From Podarcis vaucheri (lineage: Eukaryota), in assembly GCA_965113315.1 (NCBI GenBank), contig OZ220364.1: DNA of 64,000 bases. The stretch is one strand, 5' to 3'. The notes under the pieces were generated by a model. The model was given only the letters and a program-made list of their open reading frames with translations, made no database searches and was not told where the DNA came from. Numbering within the stretch: the first letter of the stretch is position 1; each line of letters opens with the position of its first letter. Below, one piece after another: positions 37,500 through 49,860 of the stretch. The translations under genes were made by a program, and so were the position numbers.

Positions 37500-38545
37500 T
37501 CTTACTTACTTCACCAAACCTTTATTAGGCATTACAAGTACTGGCCATCATAAAACATCCATATATACAAATAAAAGCCATGTAAAATATGTAATTACAA
37601 GAATTATCATTGGGATTTCTTCCTGCTAAATAGTGCCAGTCACCGCTCTAAGAGATACTATTGAGAAAATCTCAGCCACCTTTGCAGTTACTTCTGAGTA
37701 AGTGTCAGACAGATAGAATCTGATATTTTCATTGTGCCGTGATGTTAGACTTCCCAAAAAAGGAGATAGCACGTGTTTACATAGCTGGTTGTACAATGGA
37801 CAGTAGAAAAGGATATGTTCTACAGTGTCTGGCATGTTCAAATAACATCTGCAATGTCTATCATTTCTGGGGATGTTTAAATATCTGCCTTTGACAAGAG
37901 CTGAGGGGGAAATGTTCAGCTGGGCTGGAATTATTAATTTTGAGATTTAAGTGACCCTGTTATCTGGTGTATTTAAACCATAGAACTTGGGGGAGCAAAT
38001 TTTATTTACAACTTATTCGATGAATGTCCCTTAATCTAGTTTGAATATTGCAATAAATATATTGCTCACTTGAATTATACCAGGATTCCAAGTCAATACC
38101 AATAGATCTAATTTTGCTATGTAAGAGCTGGAACGATCTGGATGTATAAGAGTTCTTAAGCAAGTCAGAGAGCAGACTCAGAGGTTGGCAGCAAAAATGG
38201 CAACGCAGCCAGTATTTTATAGTGCTAGCCTTCATCCAATATTCCATCATGTGTACACCTAGTTCTGCATACATCGTCTCATACTTGATTGAACTTAGGA
38301 GCCCCAGGATACATCTCAAGAAACTTGAGTGTATCTTATCTAAATCACTATTATATGCTTCTATCCATATTGGGATCCCAAAAAGTAGCTGGGATGACAC
38401 TTTGGCTTGAAAAATCTGAATAGCAGCTGGTATAATTTGGTCACCTTTCTGAAAATAAAAGCGAGCTATTGCTGAGGAGTTACACTTTGCCTGTTTTATA
38501 GCACTTGTGCGATGGGTTGACCAACCTGAGTTGCTCTGCAATAAA
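37500..38545 (-). mobile_element. 5'-truncated non-LTR retrotransposon (RTE-X-like): post-RT region plus Cys/His motif (DTVEHILFYCPLY)
   Basis: ORF 38002-38541 (IFQAKVSSQLLFGIPIW...FLRCILGL...YAELG...IKYWLR) resembles LINE RT C-terminal regions; 3' end has AATAAA and a short (GTAA)n tail; second copy at 31944. Confidence 0.75.
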
Positions 38546-38785
38546 ATTTACTGCATCACCACTGTTGTCCTGAAGGGTACAATCCTGCTGAAGTTTGGAA
38601 GAGTTGACCACACTTAAAAGAGAGAGGCTTTCTCTCTTAAGCACACACTTTAATTTCTTATTTAAATTAACAGAGCTTAAAAGTGACTAATGGGCTGGAA
38701 TGTGCCCCAAATTGATTGCGGCAAGAAATCAAACCTGGGTAAGGTGGAAAGGTCACTCTAGGAAACCTTTCCGTTACCAACTCAC

Positions 38786-39042
38786 TTCAGCTGCATGGAA
38801 TGGGGCCCCGGATAGTTGAAGTGCTGCTGGTGCCGGTGCTGCTGCTGCTGGCTGAGGATTTGGAGCTGCAGGAAGAGCTGCTGCTGCTGCAGGAGCCTTG
38901 CATAGGCAGAGTCCATGGGCGGAGGGGACTTTTCCGCCTTCTGGTCTGGGGGAATGTACTGGTGGTACTTAAGCTTCTTCACTTTTGGCTTCATCTCCTT
39001 GGGCTTTTTGTGGCGATTCTTGCTATCGCTCGATGGTTTTGA
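38786..39042 (-). CDS. MYOCD: MYOCD exon 8 (basic B1 region KPKVKKLKYHQYIPP and Q-rich region; SRF binding)
   Basis: 257 bp, TAG acceptor, GTGAG donor. Confidence 0.97.
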
Positions 39043-39719
39043 CTAAATGGGGCACAAATAAAAATTTCAATAAGATTATCTGCAACATGGAGTAACTGAA
39101 GTTAGTTAGAAAGTTTAGCGAGCTCCCGTGCCCAGGGCCTGTAAGCCTGCAAGTCAGTGGAGATAGTATCAAGACTGTGGGAGGTCATAATAGATGTCCC
39201 TTCTCACTAGAGTTGTCGAAGGAATCCACTGAAAACAGAATATCAAGCAAATTTCCTTTAATCTGCCCATTTTATCCCCACTGGCAGAGACACTCGCTGT
39301 GGAAACTATTTACCTTAGTTATCTACAACGAACTTAAAAAAAACACCACACCACATGAACATGTTATGTGTAAATAGATATGTAAATTGCTTTGCTATAT
39401 ATATTATTTACATCATCATGTATACAGGTGCCTCTTTACTGTCCTTGTTTCTAAAGTGTTGTTCGCACCCTAAGGCCACCTATATGCACTAATATGTTGC
39501 AATCCCAACAATGTCTACTCAGAAGTAAATCTCACTGACTTCCAAGTACGGTTACAATTTCAGACTTAATCTGTATCCTCTTGTGTATTTCAAAGCCAGT
39601 GGAATGCATTGCTCCTTATTCTTTTCACATGGAAAACCACACTTCCTGGGGTTACCTTGACTTACAACTAAACTGTTCCTCCCTGACACCAGAGTGAAAA
39701 AAGCAAGATAGGATGATCA

Positions 39720-39799
39720 TGTAGCGTAGCTGGTTAGAGCATGGCAGGGGGTTGGACTAGATGACCCTCAGGGTCCCTTCCAACTCTATGATTCTATGA
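39720..39799 (+). mobile_element. tRNA/CR1-tail SINE remnant
   Basis: ggttagagcatgg head piece fused to gggggttggactagatgaccctcagggtcccttccaactctatgattctatga (CR1-type 3' end). Confidence 0.7.
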
Positions 39800-41052
39800 G
39801 AAGTTTATATTGAACTGTGAAATCAAGGTAGCGAGAAGTAGAAGACTCTAGTTTTCTTGCTGCAAAATACTAACATGGTTTCCCCCACCCCACCCCCAAG
39901 AAAACACAAGGAATGTAACTCATTTGTAAGTTATCTGTTGATGGCTGAGATATATGTGTCTAATGTGTGCTACATAAAAAAAATATGTTAGAAATTACAA
40001 GTATTTCCACATCAGCAGGCAATGAAACAGCACACAAACTTTTGAAAAATAGATCAATTGCATAGGAATGGAAAACATCAGAAGAAAGTGCAAATGAATA
40101 TTGCAATTGAGACGTGTTTGTACATCCCTTCTTCCCATCTGACCTTCTGTAGTTGAGTACAAGGAACAAAATATACAGGCACCACATCATTTGTAAAGGG
40201 CATGTTTATATATTTATTAGCCACACATTCCTTTTAAAACAGTCTGAAGCAGCAATCTGGTCCTTACCCAGATGACACTTCCAAGAATTTTCAAATGATA
40301 TGTATCTAATAATATACTAATGCATGTTTTACAATCGTCACAGTACTGGTGTGTTTTGTACTTTGATACTCTGACCCAAATATAAAATCTGAACATGTAA
40401 CGCAGCCTTAAGATAGGCCTGCTGCTCCCAACATCATGGGGCAGTCCTCAGGTCACCTCCCCGGTGACCATTTTTAAACATTAGGTGTGTTTGGAATTGC
40501 AACTCCCGTTATCCATAGCTAGCATGACCAGTGCTCAAGGGTGATTGGAGCTGTAGTCTGTAACATGGGCAGGACACCATGTTGCCCATCGTTGCTTTAC
40601 GGCTTTTAAATATTTCTTTCATTTTTAACTTGGGCAGCATCCAGCTACTCCCCTTTCCCCCAGAATGCCTCTGGGTCCACCTCCATAGGAAAGGAGTAAA
40701 GAAGGAAAGCTATAGGGCAGTGCTTTGCCTTCCAACTTCTCTCTAAATATAAGAAAAGGGACGGAGGGCCCTCTTGTTGCCCTAGAGGGACAAGGGAGTA
40801 TTTTGTCTGTTTTGAAGGGCAGAGTTTCCCTAGATGTTTTGGGAAGAGATACGTGCATAAGTGGTTTGTCTGTTACTTAGTGGTTTACATGGAATATTAA
40901 ATATACATTAAAATTATCCATAAAAGTTAAGCAACTTTTTTTTAAAAAAAAATCAAAATATAAATGGAAATTAGTAGTTTAAAATATACCAGTGTTTGGT
41001 TTGGAGTATGCATGGATATTATTTCTGTTGTCTGGGGCAATATTTCTGAGTA

Positions 41053-41289
41053 CAGTGGTGCCTCGCAAGATGAAAAGAATTCGTTCCGCGAGTCTTTTCG
41101 TCTTGCGATGTTTTTCGTCTTGCGAAGCATGGTCCGTCGCAACTGCGCCTCTTCAAGCGGCTTTTTTAAAAAAGTGCAAGACGTTTTCGTCTTGCAAAGC
41201 AAGCCCATAGGGAAATTCATCTAGCGAAGCAATGCTAAAACGGAAAACCCTTTCGTCTTGTGAGGCATTCGTCTTGCGGGACACCACTG
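41053..41289. mobile_element. MITE family A copy 3
   Basis: TA-flanked CAGTGGTG TIRs; homologous to 8230 and 11538. Confidence 0.9.
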
Positions 41290-41694
41290 TATTGCCATTT
41301 TCCCTCTCTGAAATGGGTATTTTGTAGTGCCCATGACAGCTTCATAGAATTCCACAATTCCTGAGACAGATGAATGAGCCATCTAACACAAGGTCCTGTT
41401 GGCGCTATTGTTGGAAACAGCTTGGCTTCAACAGATCATCAAAGTCTCAGCTTGCTCCTTTTGCAGGTACTTTCACCCCAGAATTCTAATGGACCCAGTT
41501 TTGTGACACAAGGAGGTACTGTCTAGGTAGTTCCTAGCGACTCCCATCTCCAAGCAAGGCCAACACTGTAACTCACCTCCCCAAACACCTAAAACCATTC
41601 CCCCCCCTTACTGCAGATGAGTGCTAGCTGTTGTCTAGCCAATAAGCCATGTTAACAATTTTTCTTCCTACGTAGTGGGAGGTTAGGCTCATAC

Positions 41695-41820
41695 CTTTGC
41701 AGATGTGTTAACAGTGCCAGGAGGTGTTTGTTGCCCATTCTGTTGTTTAGGACTTTCTGGCTGGCCATTCCTCAGAGATGTCATATCAGCCGTATCATTT
41801 TCAGAGCCAACGGAATGATC
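41695..41820 (-). CDS. MYOCD: MYOCD exon 7 (DHSVGSENDTADMTSLRNGQPESPKQQNGQQTPPGTVNTSAK)
   Basis: 126 bp, phase 0-0, TAG acceptor, GTATG donor; GSEND motif as in human. Confidence 0.9.
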
Positions 41821-43202
41821 CTAGAATCAAAATAAATACATGGAAATTAATAAACATCAATATGCACATTTTCAAGAAGCCTATCCACATGCAGGCAGCT
41901 TACAGACTATTACAGAAATGGTCCATGCTAGTCTTGCTCAGGACCAGTTATCTTGACCTTGTTTGGAGCCTTCACTAGGACTGGACTACATGTTATCACT
42001 TTTTTCAACTGGCATCTCTCCATGATCTGTATTTAGAGCAGTGTAACATGGAAGTTTCCTTGCCAGCATCCGATGCTCCTGGAAACTATGTGCACCAGCC
42101 TTCAACAACCTAGTGACCACCTGATGTTACTGGACTACAACTCACAACATCCAATGGGGATTGTAGTTCAAAGCAAGCTTTAGTGTATTAGGCTGGGCAA
42201 GGCTGCTCTATGCAATCAAGAGGATCTACGGTAGATGTTAAAGCAATAGCATGGATTGCCGACAGAAGGCAGTCTTCCATAGGGATAAGGTTCCATATAA
42301 AATGGGCTTGACACTGAAGTAGGTAAAAGAAATGGATGACAAGCTGTGAGAGCAGTGAACTACACCCCTAAAATCACTTGATCCTAAAACGGCTAGCTAG
42401 CTAAATCCAATCCACCAACTGATAAATGCAAAGTTCTTCTGTAACGGACATTCTATAAATAAATGTTTTTTAAAAAAAAATAATCAACAAAATCTACCTT
42501 GGAGGCCCCCAATTTCTCAGTCTCCATCATAATCAATCAGCATATTTGGCTGGTGACTCGGGACTCCCTGCCATGGCATTTCTACACAGCTGAGACCAAT
42601 CGCATTTATCAGGCTAGTGTTATTAGGGAAACCAAATGGACGAATCGTTGGGCTCTGTGCCATAAGTGCTTGGAAAATGGAGGTGCCCCATGCCAAGTAC
42701 ACTGTGTAACAAAACTGCCGGAATGGAGGAGGGCACTCCAAGCCAAGAATATGTCGTGTTCAGGTTAACAGTGGCTCAGGATCCTTTGCAGGACACCCCC
42801 ATGTTTTATGTAACCACCAGAGGCTGACCTTACAGCTGGCTTCCTCCATAGGCTACAGTGCCCTCAGAGAGATCTTGGCATGCATTGCATCTTTTTACCC
42901 ACAACGAGTTCTTATTCCAGCCCCGAGGAGAGGAATATGCTTCCTCTGGCATCAGACATTTTTTTCCTAATAGAAGCTCTTGTACGCATTGTCCAGTACT
43001 GGATGCTGACGAGGGGTGAAGACAAACGTAAAAAGTTTATAGCAGAGGGGCTGATTTGGAAGCACACTCACTGTGCTGAATCCAAGCGCATGTTTTCTGA
43101 TCTGGATTGAGCTTGTGGGAGGTGGGTGTGGCTTGGTTCTGCAAATTTAATCCAAGGTATCAGGACGTCTCATCTGTCCAAAAGTAAGAAATACCGTTTT
43201 AC

Positions 43203-43378
43203 CTGAGTTGTCCCTGACATTGTGGGTAACGTTGCTTCTGAAATTTTGATTCCGGCTGCTGATTCTGTGGATCCCTGGGAATCCTCGCTTCTGATCTGCT
43301 CTGGAGACAGCCCATCATTGCTACTATCTTCTTCAAAAGCAAAAGCATCTGAGGATTTAGAGAAGTTTGCTTGGTTAC
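43203..43378 (-). CDS. MYOCD: MYOCD exon 6 (NQANFSKSSDAFAFEEDSSNDGLSPEQIRSEDSQG...)
   Basis: 176 bp, CAG acceptor, GTAAA donor. Confidence 0.95.
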
Positions 43379-44650
43379 CTGTGGCAGGAAGGAAGAAAAA
43401 GACTCAGTGATAGATGATTCTGAATGGCAGTAAGTTTTTAACAAGTGTACATGTAGCAAAGCAAACAAGTGATCTTAACACACTACAGTATTCACAGATG
43501 TACACTTTCTTGTTCCTGTCAGGTAGGTAAAGCTGTGATTTATTTGTGCTCAAAGGCAAGTACCAAAGCAGCAAATTCAGTATGGTTGACAAACATTCAA
43601 CTGAGAACTATTGTAGAAAACCACTAATGAAGCAGTGGTTCGATAACATGTAAATGGTGTGCTAATAAAATCTGAATTCAGCAATTGGTTCCACTGGCTC
43701 TGTTGAAGGTCCAGCTCCACCAGGCCTTTCTCCATCATCCTGGGAGCAGTCATCCCACCCGAGTGCATCAGACGGAGAGATGGGAAGCATGACTATTGAG
43801 AGGGACTAGCTCCTTGACTCCTCTCCCTGAACTGTTTCCACACCAGCTGGCCCTTGTGAACATTTTGTAAGTTTAAGAACTGCTGCTTCAGCTTGCTTTC
43901 CCCCTCCTCACTCCATCCTTTCCTCCTTTTGAGTTCTGCATTTTAGATCAGAAGCCTGAGGGTTCCCATGTTTCTTAATTGCTCTATAAGCTGCTCTGGA
44001 ATCATTTTCAGCTGCAGAACGGGATTACAAATGCTTTAAATAAATAAATAAATAATTCTCAAACATTGGTTACTGGAACTATCTGATTTCCCATGAGGTT
44101 CTGATTCTCCGTGGAACACACATTTTCAGGATTGTTACTATTTTACTGGGTTTTGTTTTTTAAAAAATGAGGATCTTCTTTCTTTTCAACTGTTTTTGAA
44201 AATGTTCATGATTTTGTTTGAGGCACTATATTATATGTGCCACAGCTTGCACCCATCAGTCTTCAGACCCACCCCCTGCAAGATAGCAGATCTTTAATAA
44301 ATCCAGAACCTTCAAGGATAGCATCATTAGAAGGCTCTTGTTTTTATCCCAAAATTTCACAACTCTGCAGAATGCAATCGTTATCCCATTTCAAATTGCA
44401 TCGTCTCTGTATTAGTTCAGATTATTCGTTTAAAAATGCACATTTGTTTTTAAATGCACATTTCAAAGTGGATGTGGCCAAAGTGTAAAAGTGGGCAAGG
44501 TCATTCTATTAAAAAAAAAATATAGGGCACATTTTAAGAGTCTAGGAGGTTGGGATTACAAAAAAACCCTTTTGACATTCTGGAGTCACAGCTGGGAATT
44601 TGTGGGAGTGGGGAAATAGGAGCAGTCAATTTTTAAAAAAGACAATTGAT

Positions 44651-44674
44651 GTGTGTGTGTGTGTGTGTGTGTGT
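44651..44674. repeat. (GT)n microsatellite
   Basis: Direct observation. Confidence 0.95.
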
Positions 44675-45372
44675 TGGAAGCCCACAAAAAAAAAATTGGG
44701 AGGTCAAATGCTGCTTGTGCACCATGGTGAGAATACTCCAAGAAACTCATCAAGAATGTGCCCCCAAACAATTCACCAAATCAATAGCTTGCATGGTTTT
44801 TTCATCCTACAACCTCCTTTGAGAAATGCTGCAAAGATGCGACCCATTTTGCTTCTCCGCAAATCAATGTGGCTTATGCCAGATGATGCTTCTCTGCCAC
44901 TCAGCATACTCAGTGGGTTCTGGAAAGTGTTCCTGTGCAATATCCCGCAAACTAGCAGGCAAAAGCGCTTGACCCTTGGCTTTTGCTGATAAGTAAAGTG
45001 CTGGGAAAGACAGGCTCTATCACAAAAGCCCCTGCAAGGCTGGAAGACAGAGAGTAGGCAGTGGAAGGAAGGAAGATTCCTGCTACACGCTGTAATCTTT
45101 CCAGGGACATGTCTGGCTTTGATCAAGTTTCTTCCTACTCTGCTAGTGAAGAGGGATTTGAAGAGGGCAGGAATGAAGGAACCATTCTAGGGTGCTAGAA
45201 TCCTGCTAGCTCTTCAATATGGATCTGTACTCTCTTATGGGAATTATTCCAAAGGCATTCCCATGGAGAAAACATCAAGAACCCTACATCACATTGCAAG
45301 GGACCCTCTCCATAGTGAGGCTACTGTGCATGGATGTTGCTATAGCACCAGAGGTGCCTTTCCTGGTATTAC

Positions 45373-45534
45373 CTTTGATGGCTTCTTTCACAGCTGAGTC
45401 AACAGGAATGATATTCTTCTCCACCAGCTCCAGAGGACCTGGCCTAAGAGCAATTTTCTCATTTAGATTGTCTGCAAGACGGGCTCTTTTCAGTTTCATC
45501 TGAGTAGCCTGGACAGACCCTTCTGTGGCTGAAT
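45373..45534 (-). CDS. MYOCD: MYOCD exon 5 (SATEGSVQATQMKLKRARLADNLNEKIALRPGPLELVEKNIIPVDSAVKEAIK), B2 NLS and RPEL3
   Basis: 162 bp, phase 1-1, CAG acceptor, GTAAT donor. Confidence 0.97.
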
Positions 45535-45716
45535 CTGTAAAGCCAAATGGTAAAAATATAAATTATTCCACAAAATAACCAGCCTGTGCCACAGCTCCTT
45601 TCCTTTTATCACTTCTAAGAAACACAGGATAAATTCTATGTCAGTTCTTTCCCAGTAATTAGAACCTGAGTGTAGCTGTAACACAAAGCATTTCTCTTGA
45701 ACCATAAAACAACTGT

Positions 45717-46050
45717 GGCTTGCCAATCAGAAGGTCGGCAGTTTGAATCCCCACAATGGGGCGAGCTCCTGTTGCTCTGTCCCAGCTCCTGCCAACCTAG
45801 CGGTTCGAAAGCACGCCAGTGCAAGTAGATAAATAGGTACCGCTTCAGTGGGAAAGTAAACAGTGTTTCTGTGCGCTGCTCTGGTTTCGGTGTTCTGTTG
45901 CGCCAGAAGCGGCTTAGTCATGCTGGCCACATGACCCAGAAAAAACTCTGCAGACGAACGCCGGCTCCCTTGGCCTGTAAAGCGAGATGAGCGCCGCAAC
46001 CCCACAGTCGCCTGCAACTGGACTTAACTGTCAGGGGTCCTTTACCTTTA
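45717..46050 (+). mobile_element. Squam1/Sauria SINE, slightly 5'-truncated
   Basis: Homologous to the 32452 and 63661 copies; ends cctttaccttta. Confidence 0.9.
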
Positions 46051-47422
46051 ACCACAACTAGCCACAGAGTGCAGTGATGACAGGTGTGCTTGTAGATAAG
46101 CTTTTCTCACTGCTGATCTGATATGCAGTCAATTTTAACAATGCTCAAGATACACAGAAAGTATTACCTGTACATAGTTCCCTGTAGCCAAACAAATTAA
46201 TTCCAAGGTTCTCACCCAGTCCACCACACCCTTTATGTGCGTCTGCATACCAGCGTGGCTGAGCCACAGTTTGCTGGGGAGTGGGTAGCACACAAGCAAA
46301 CAATCCTTCAAATGCAATGCTGGACATGGAATCCTATGCAGGAAAGTCATTTCTGCAAGCCCAGTAAAAACTTGGTTTCAAGAGCTAAATGAGAATTGCA
46401 AGAAGCAGTATCTAAAAGAGGGAATAACTTGCTTCATGAGATGTGCATTTTCCCCCAGTTGTATAGTGTGTGCCATAAATGCTGGAGCAGCAATTGCCCC
46501 AGCCAGGCTCAAATAAAACCCACCCCAGATTTGTTTATAGAATAACATCATGCAAACATCATCATAAATCAGTTCGATGTTTATTCTTGTCCCCACCCTG
46601 AAGGAACCCAAGGTGGCAAACTAACAAAGATTACAAACATTTTAGAAAAGTTTTAAAACCTAAAATAATTCATAAGCATTCCATAAGCAGGAGATTGCTA
46701 CCAAGAAGGCCTAGATTAGGGCAATAAAAGGTGCTTTTACACCTTTCCTGAAGAGGGATCAAAAGACACTGAGGCTTACTCAGAACATGGCAGAAGTGTC
46801 TTCTGCTGTTGGCTTGCCACAACTACAAGAAGTCCAAAACATCTAAGGCAGTCTCCCACAACCTGGTGCCCTCTAGAGGATTTGGACTACAATTCCCATC
46901 AGCCCCAGACCACATCGTCAATGGTCAGGGATGATGGGAGTTGCCCAAAACCCTTGCGGAAGTCTAGACTATCTATTAACATAGAACAGCTCATTTGCAA
47001 TTCGGTGGTGTATTTCTATACTTCCAAACATGTAAAAAGAAACCTCAAGGTCGTGATCCCCATAAAATCATCAATAAAATACACTGCTAACAACAAAATT
47101 ACACCAACAAATTAGTAAATCAGAAATATACACTACTAAACTGGATCACCCTTGAGTAAACAAATGTGTTTTAAGTAGGTACTGGAAATAGCAACACTAT
47201 AGGTGTTCATTCCAAAGGGCATGTGATGTAATACTGAAAGCCCTGGGTTTTTGCAGACATAAGATGAACGTCAGGAGTAAGCAGCACCTTTAAGAGTGTC
47301 TCCCCCAGGGATTGAAGTGACTGGGTAGGGATATACAAGATTAGGTGGTCCCAAAGATAATCTGGTTATTAAGGACTTTGTATGCTAATAGCAAGATCTT
47401 AAACTTATTCATTCAATCTTAC

Positions 47423-47498
47423 CCTGTAAAATGTGCATATCAACCAGTTCTGAGCGCTCAGGTCTGTTTCGGGTCTTGTGCTTTAAATAATCTTCAGT
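47423..47498 (-). CDS. MYOCD: MYOCD exon 4 (TEDYLKHKTRNRPERSELVDMHILQ), RPEL2
   Basis: 76 bp, TAG acceptor, GTAAG donor, phase 0-1; too short for the ORF track. Confidence 0.95.
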
Positions 47499-47631
47499 CT
47501 ACAGAACATAAGAACAGAGATCATTACCTCACTAGCTTGATTTAAAGTGCATTAGGCAATGCTTCTTTAAAAGGATTCAGTCAGACTTGGTCTAACTGAC
47601 GTTCATTTTAGTTAACATTTGTTCTTCTCTG

Positions 47632-47817
47632 GTAGGACCCACACCAAAAGATTCAAGTTACAGGAAAAGAGATTTCAGCTCAACATCAGGAATAATTTTC
47701 TGATGGCAAGAGCTGTTTGACAGTGGAACCGACTAAGCAGAAGCCATCTGCATACTTTAGTTGAGATTGCAGGGGTTGGACTAGATGACCCTCAGGGTCC
47801 CTTCCAATTCTATAATT
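47632..47817 (+). mobile_element. CR1 LINE 3' fragment
   Basis: agattcaagttacaggaaaagagatttcagctcaacatcaggaa...gggttggactagatgaccctcagggtcccttcc. Confidence 0.75.
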
Positions 47818-49804
47818 ATCCCACAACTTTTTGTCTGGATACTGAATGTCTGTAGGCTAGGACTTGGATCTTTTAAGAGCTCCATTTGTGCAAACCCGAA
47901 CTTTTGGCAGGTTTCCCAGAATGCAAGTAACTTATAATTGGCACAAAGGAATCATAATACTACACCAACTTTTAATATACACTATATTCAGCACAATTTC
48001 AGTTTAGCTTACGGCACAGATCTTAAACAAGTGTAAAATTCAGACCTAAGTACCCAGCTGTATCAAAGTAAATTTATTTACTTCACTAGAACTCATCTAA
48101 CAGCAGCTCTGTTGTGTTTTAGCTAATAGGTATTTAAAATCCACCGCAATTAAATTGGTGTAGTTTCATGTTATGTGTGAACAAAGATTTTCAAGTAGGT
48201 TTCCCATCAGTCCCTCTCAACCAAACTAGCTGTGAAGTGTTCTGATATTGCTTCCCCCTGCCAGCCCCCAGGCCCCTCCCCAGCTGAATAAAGGCTTAGA
48301 ATATATTTTTGGTTCTACTTCTCCCTAAACGAATGTAGTTTAGGGCTTTTGACTCATATAATCCTTTTTTCTTCCAGGCAATCGGCCAGTAGAAGCCTTT
48401 GAAGGGAGACTGTGAGATATTAACCTATGCCTGAACATTGAAATATAGGGTACTTCTAAGATACTTCAGACTTCTTGAAGTGTTCTAAGCACATTTATTT
48501 TTCACAGGGGGCTATACATCCTTCCTTACGTTGGTCTTGAATTTTTGCAGGACACTCATATACAATAATGTAACATAGGCATCTTCTACATGTGTGCAGG
48601 TTTTTGATAAATGCCTATACATAAATTTCATCAAGAGTTTTGAAAGTAAGTTAATATATATGTACACAGAATTGTAGAGACTATAAAAGGATTCACTTGT
48701 TTGGCTTCCTGACCTAAATTTCCTCTACATATTAACTCCTATACCATAAACAGAGGAAATAAAGGATAAGGTGCACCACAAGTTCTCATTAAATGGAACA
48801 AGTTAACAGACGGCAACTACTACTACTACTAATACAAATTCTGAGCAAATCAAGTCATAGTTTCTAGGTAGGACATTACAAAGTTACCATATACTATTGT
48901 CCATCTAGCCCAGCATTGTCTATTGTAACTAGCAGCATATCTCCATATCTCTTTACCAATCTTGCTGCTGGTGTCATTGGACCCGGGTCGTCATCCATGC
49001 AAAATACCAGCTTTATGAATGAGCTATAGGCCTCTCTATATATGGATTGTATTCTTTATATAAGAGAACTGCTATCAGTCTTGGAAAAGGCTTCTCTAAG
49101 CAGACAGTTCCCCAATTTCCCCCTTTGCCAAACTGCAAAATTCAGAGAAACACAAATTTTGAAGGATGGCCTTGTTTAAGTTTGCGTATTATTTCTGAAA
49201 TTGCAAATTAGGTAGGTTCGCCTTTAAATGTAAATGGAATAAAATTTCTGCCCCCCCCCCGCTGCACCTCTAGTAAGAGCCTTGGCTGGAGACTTGCAGC
49301 AGGGAAAGCTTGAGAATATCTTGTACTTTCTCTAAATGAGACCAGATCACCAACTCTTCCACTAGTGGGGTAGGTGGGGGGGGGGAACTGCCTCTTAATC
49401 TTATCTTTCTCATTAGCTTTAATTAACAGCGCCTAAACTCTGCTTGATAACTGGTGCCAGCAAGAGACAAGAGTACAGGTTAAGAACAGCCCAAAAGCAC
49501 TCTGCAGTGTCACAAGGAGAGAAGGGCAATATGGTGTACTGCAGACACCAGGCACAAGGTTTCCTACTGGGGATGGATATATATATATATATACCACAAA
49601 GCCACTCTCTCATGGGACATGTGCCAATTAAGTTTAGAGCCCTGTAAAGGTGTGCTAAAGGTATAGTAGTATCTGCAGAAATGAATCCAGTGATTTTCCA
49701 ACATTCCACTCACATTCCTGCACATGGCCACAACCTTCTCAGCAGCTAGTTAACCTGCATGATGCCATCTCCAGCCACCCCCTCTGATGCCTACCCAGGG
49801 TTAC

Positions 49805-49860
49805 CTTGGCTCTCTCCAAACTCTTCTTCTGCTCATGGAAGGGAGAGGGGTTTTTCAGCG
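49805..49860 (-). CDS. MYOCD: MYOCD exon 3 (P-LKNPSPFHEQKKSLERAK)
   Basis: 56 bp, CAG acceptor, GTAAC donor, phase 1-0. Confidence 0.95.
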
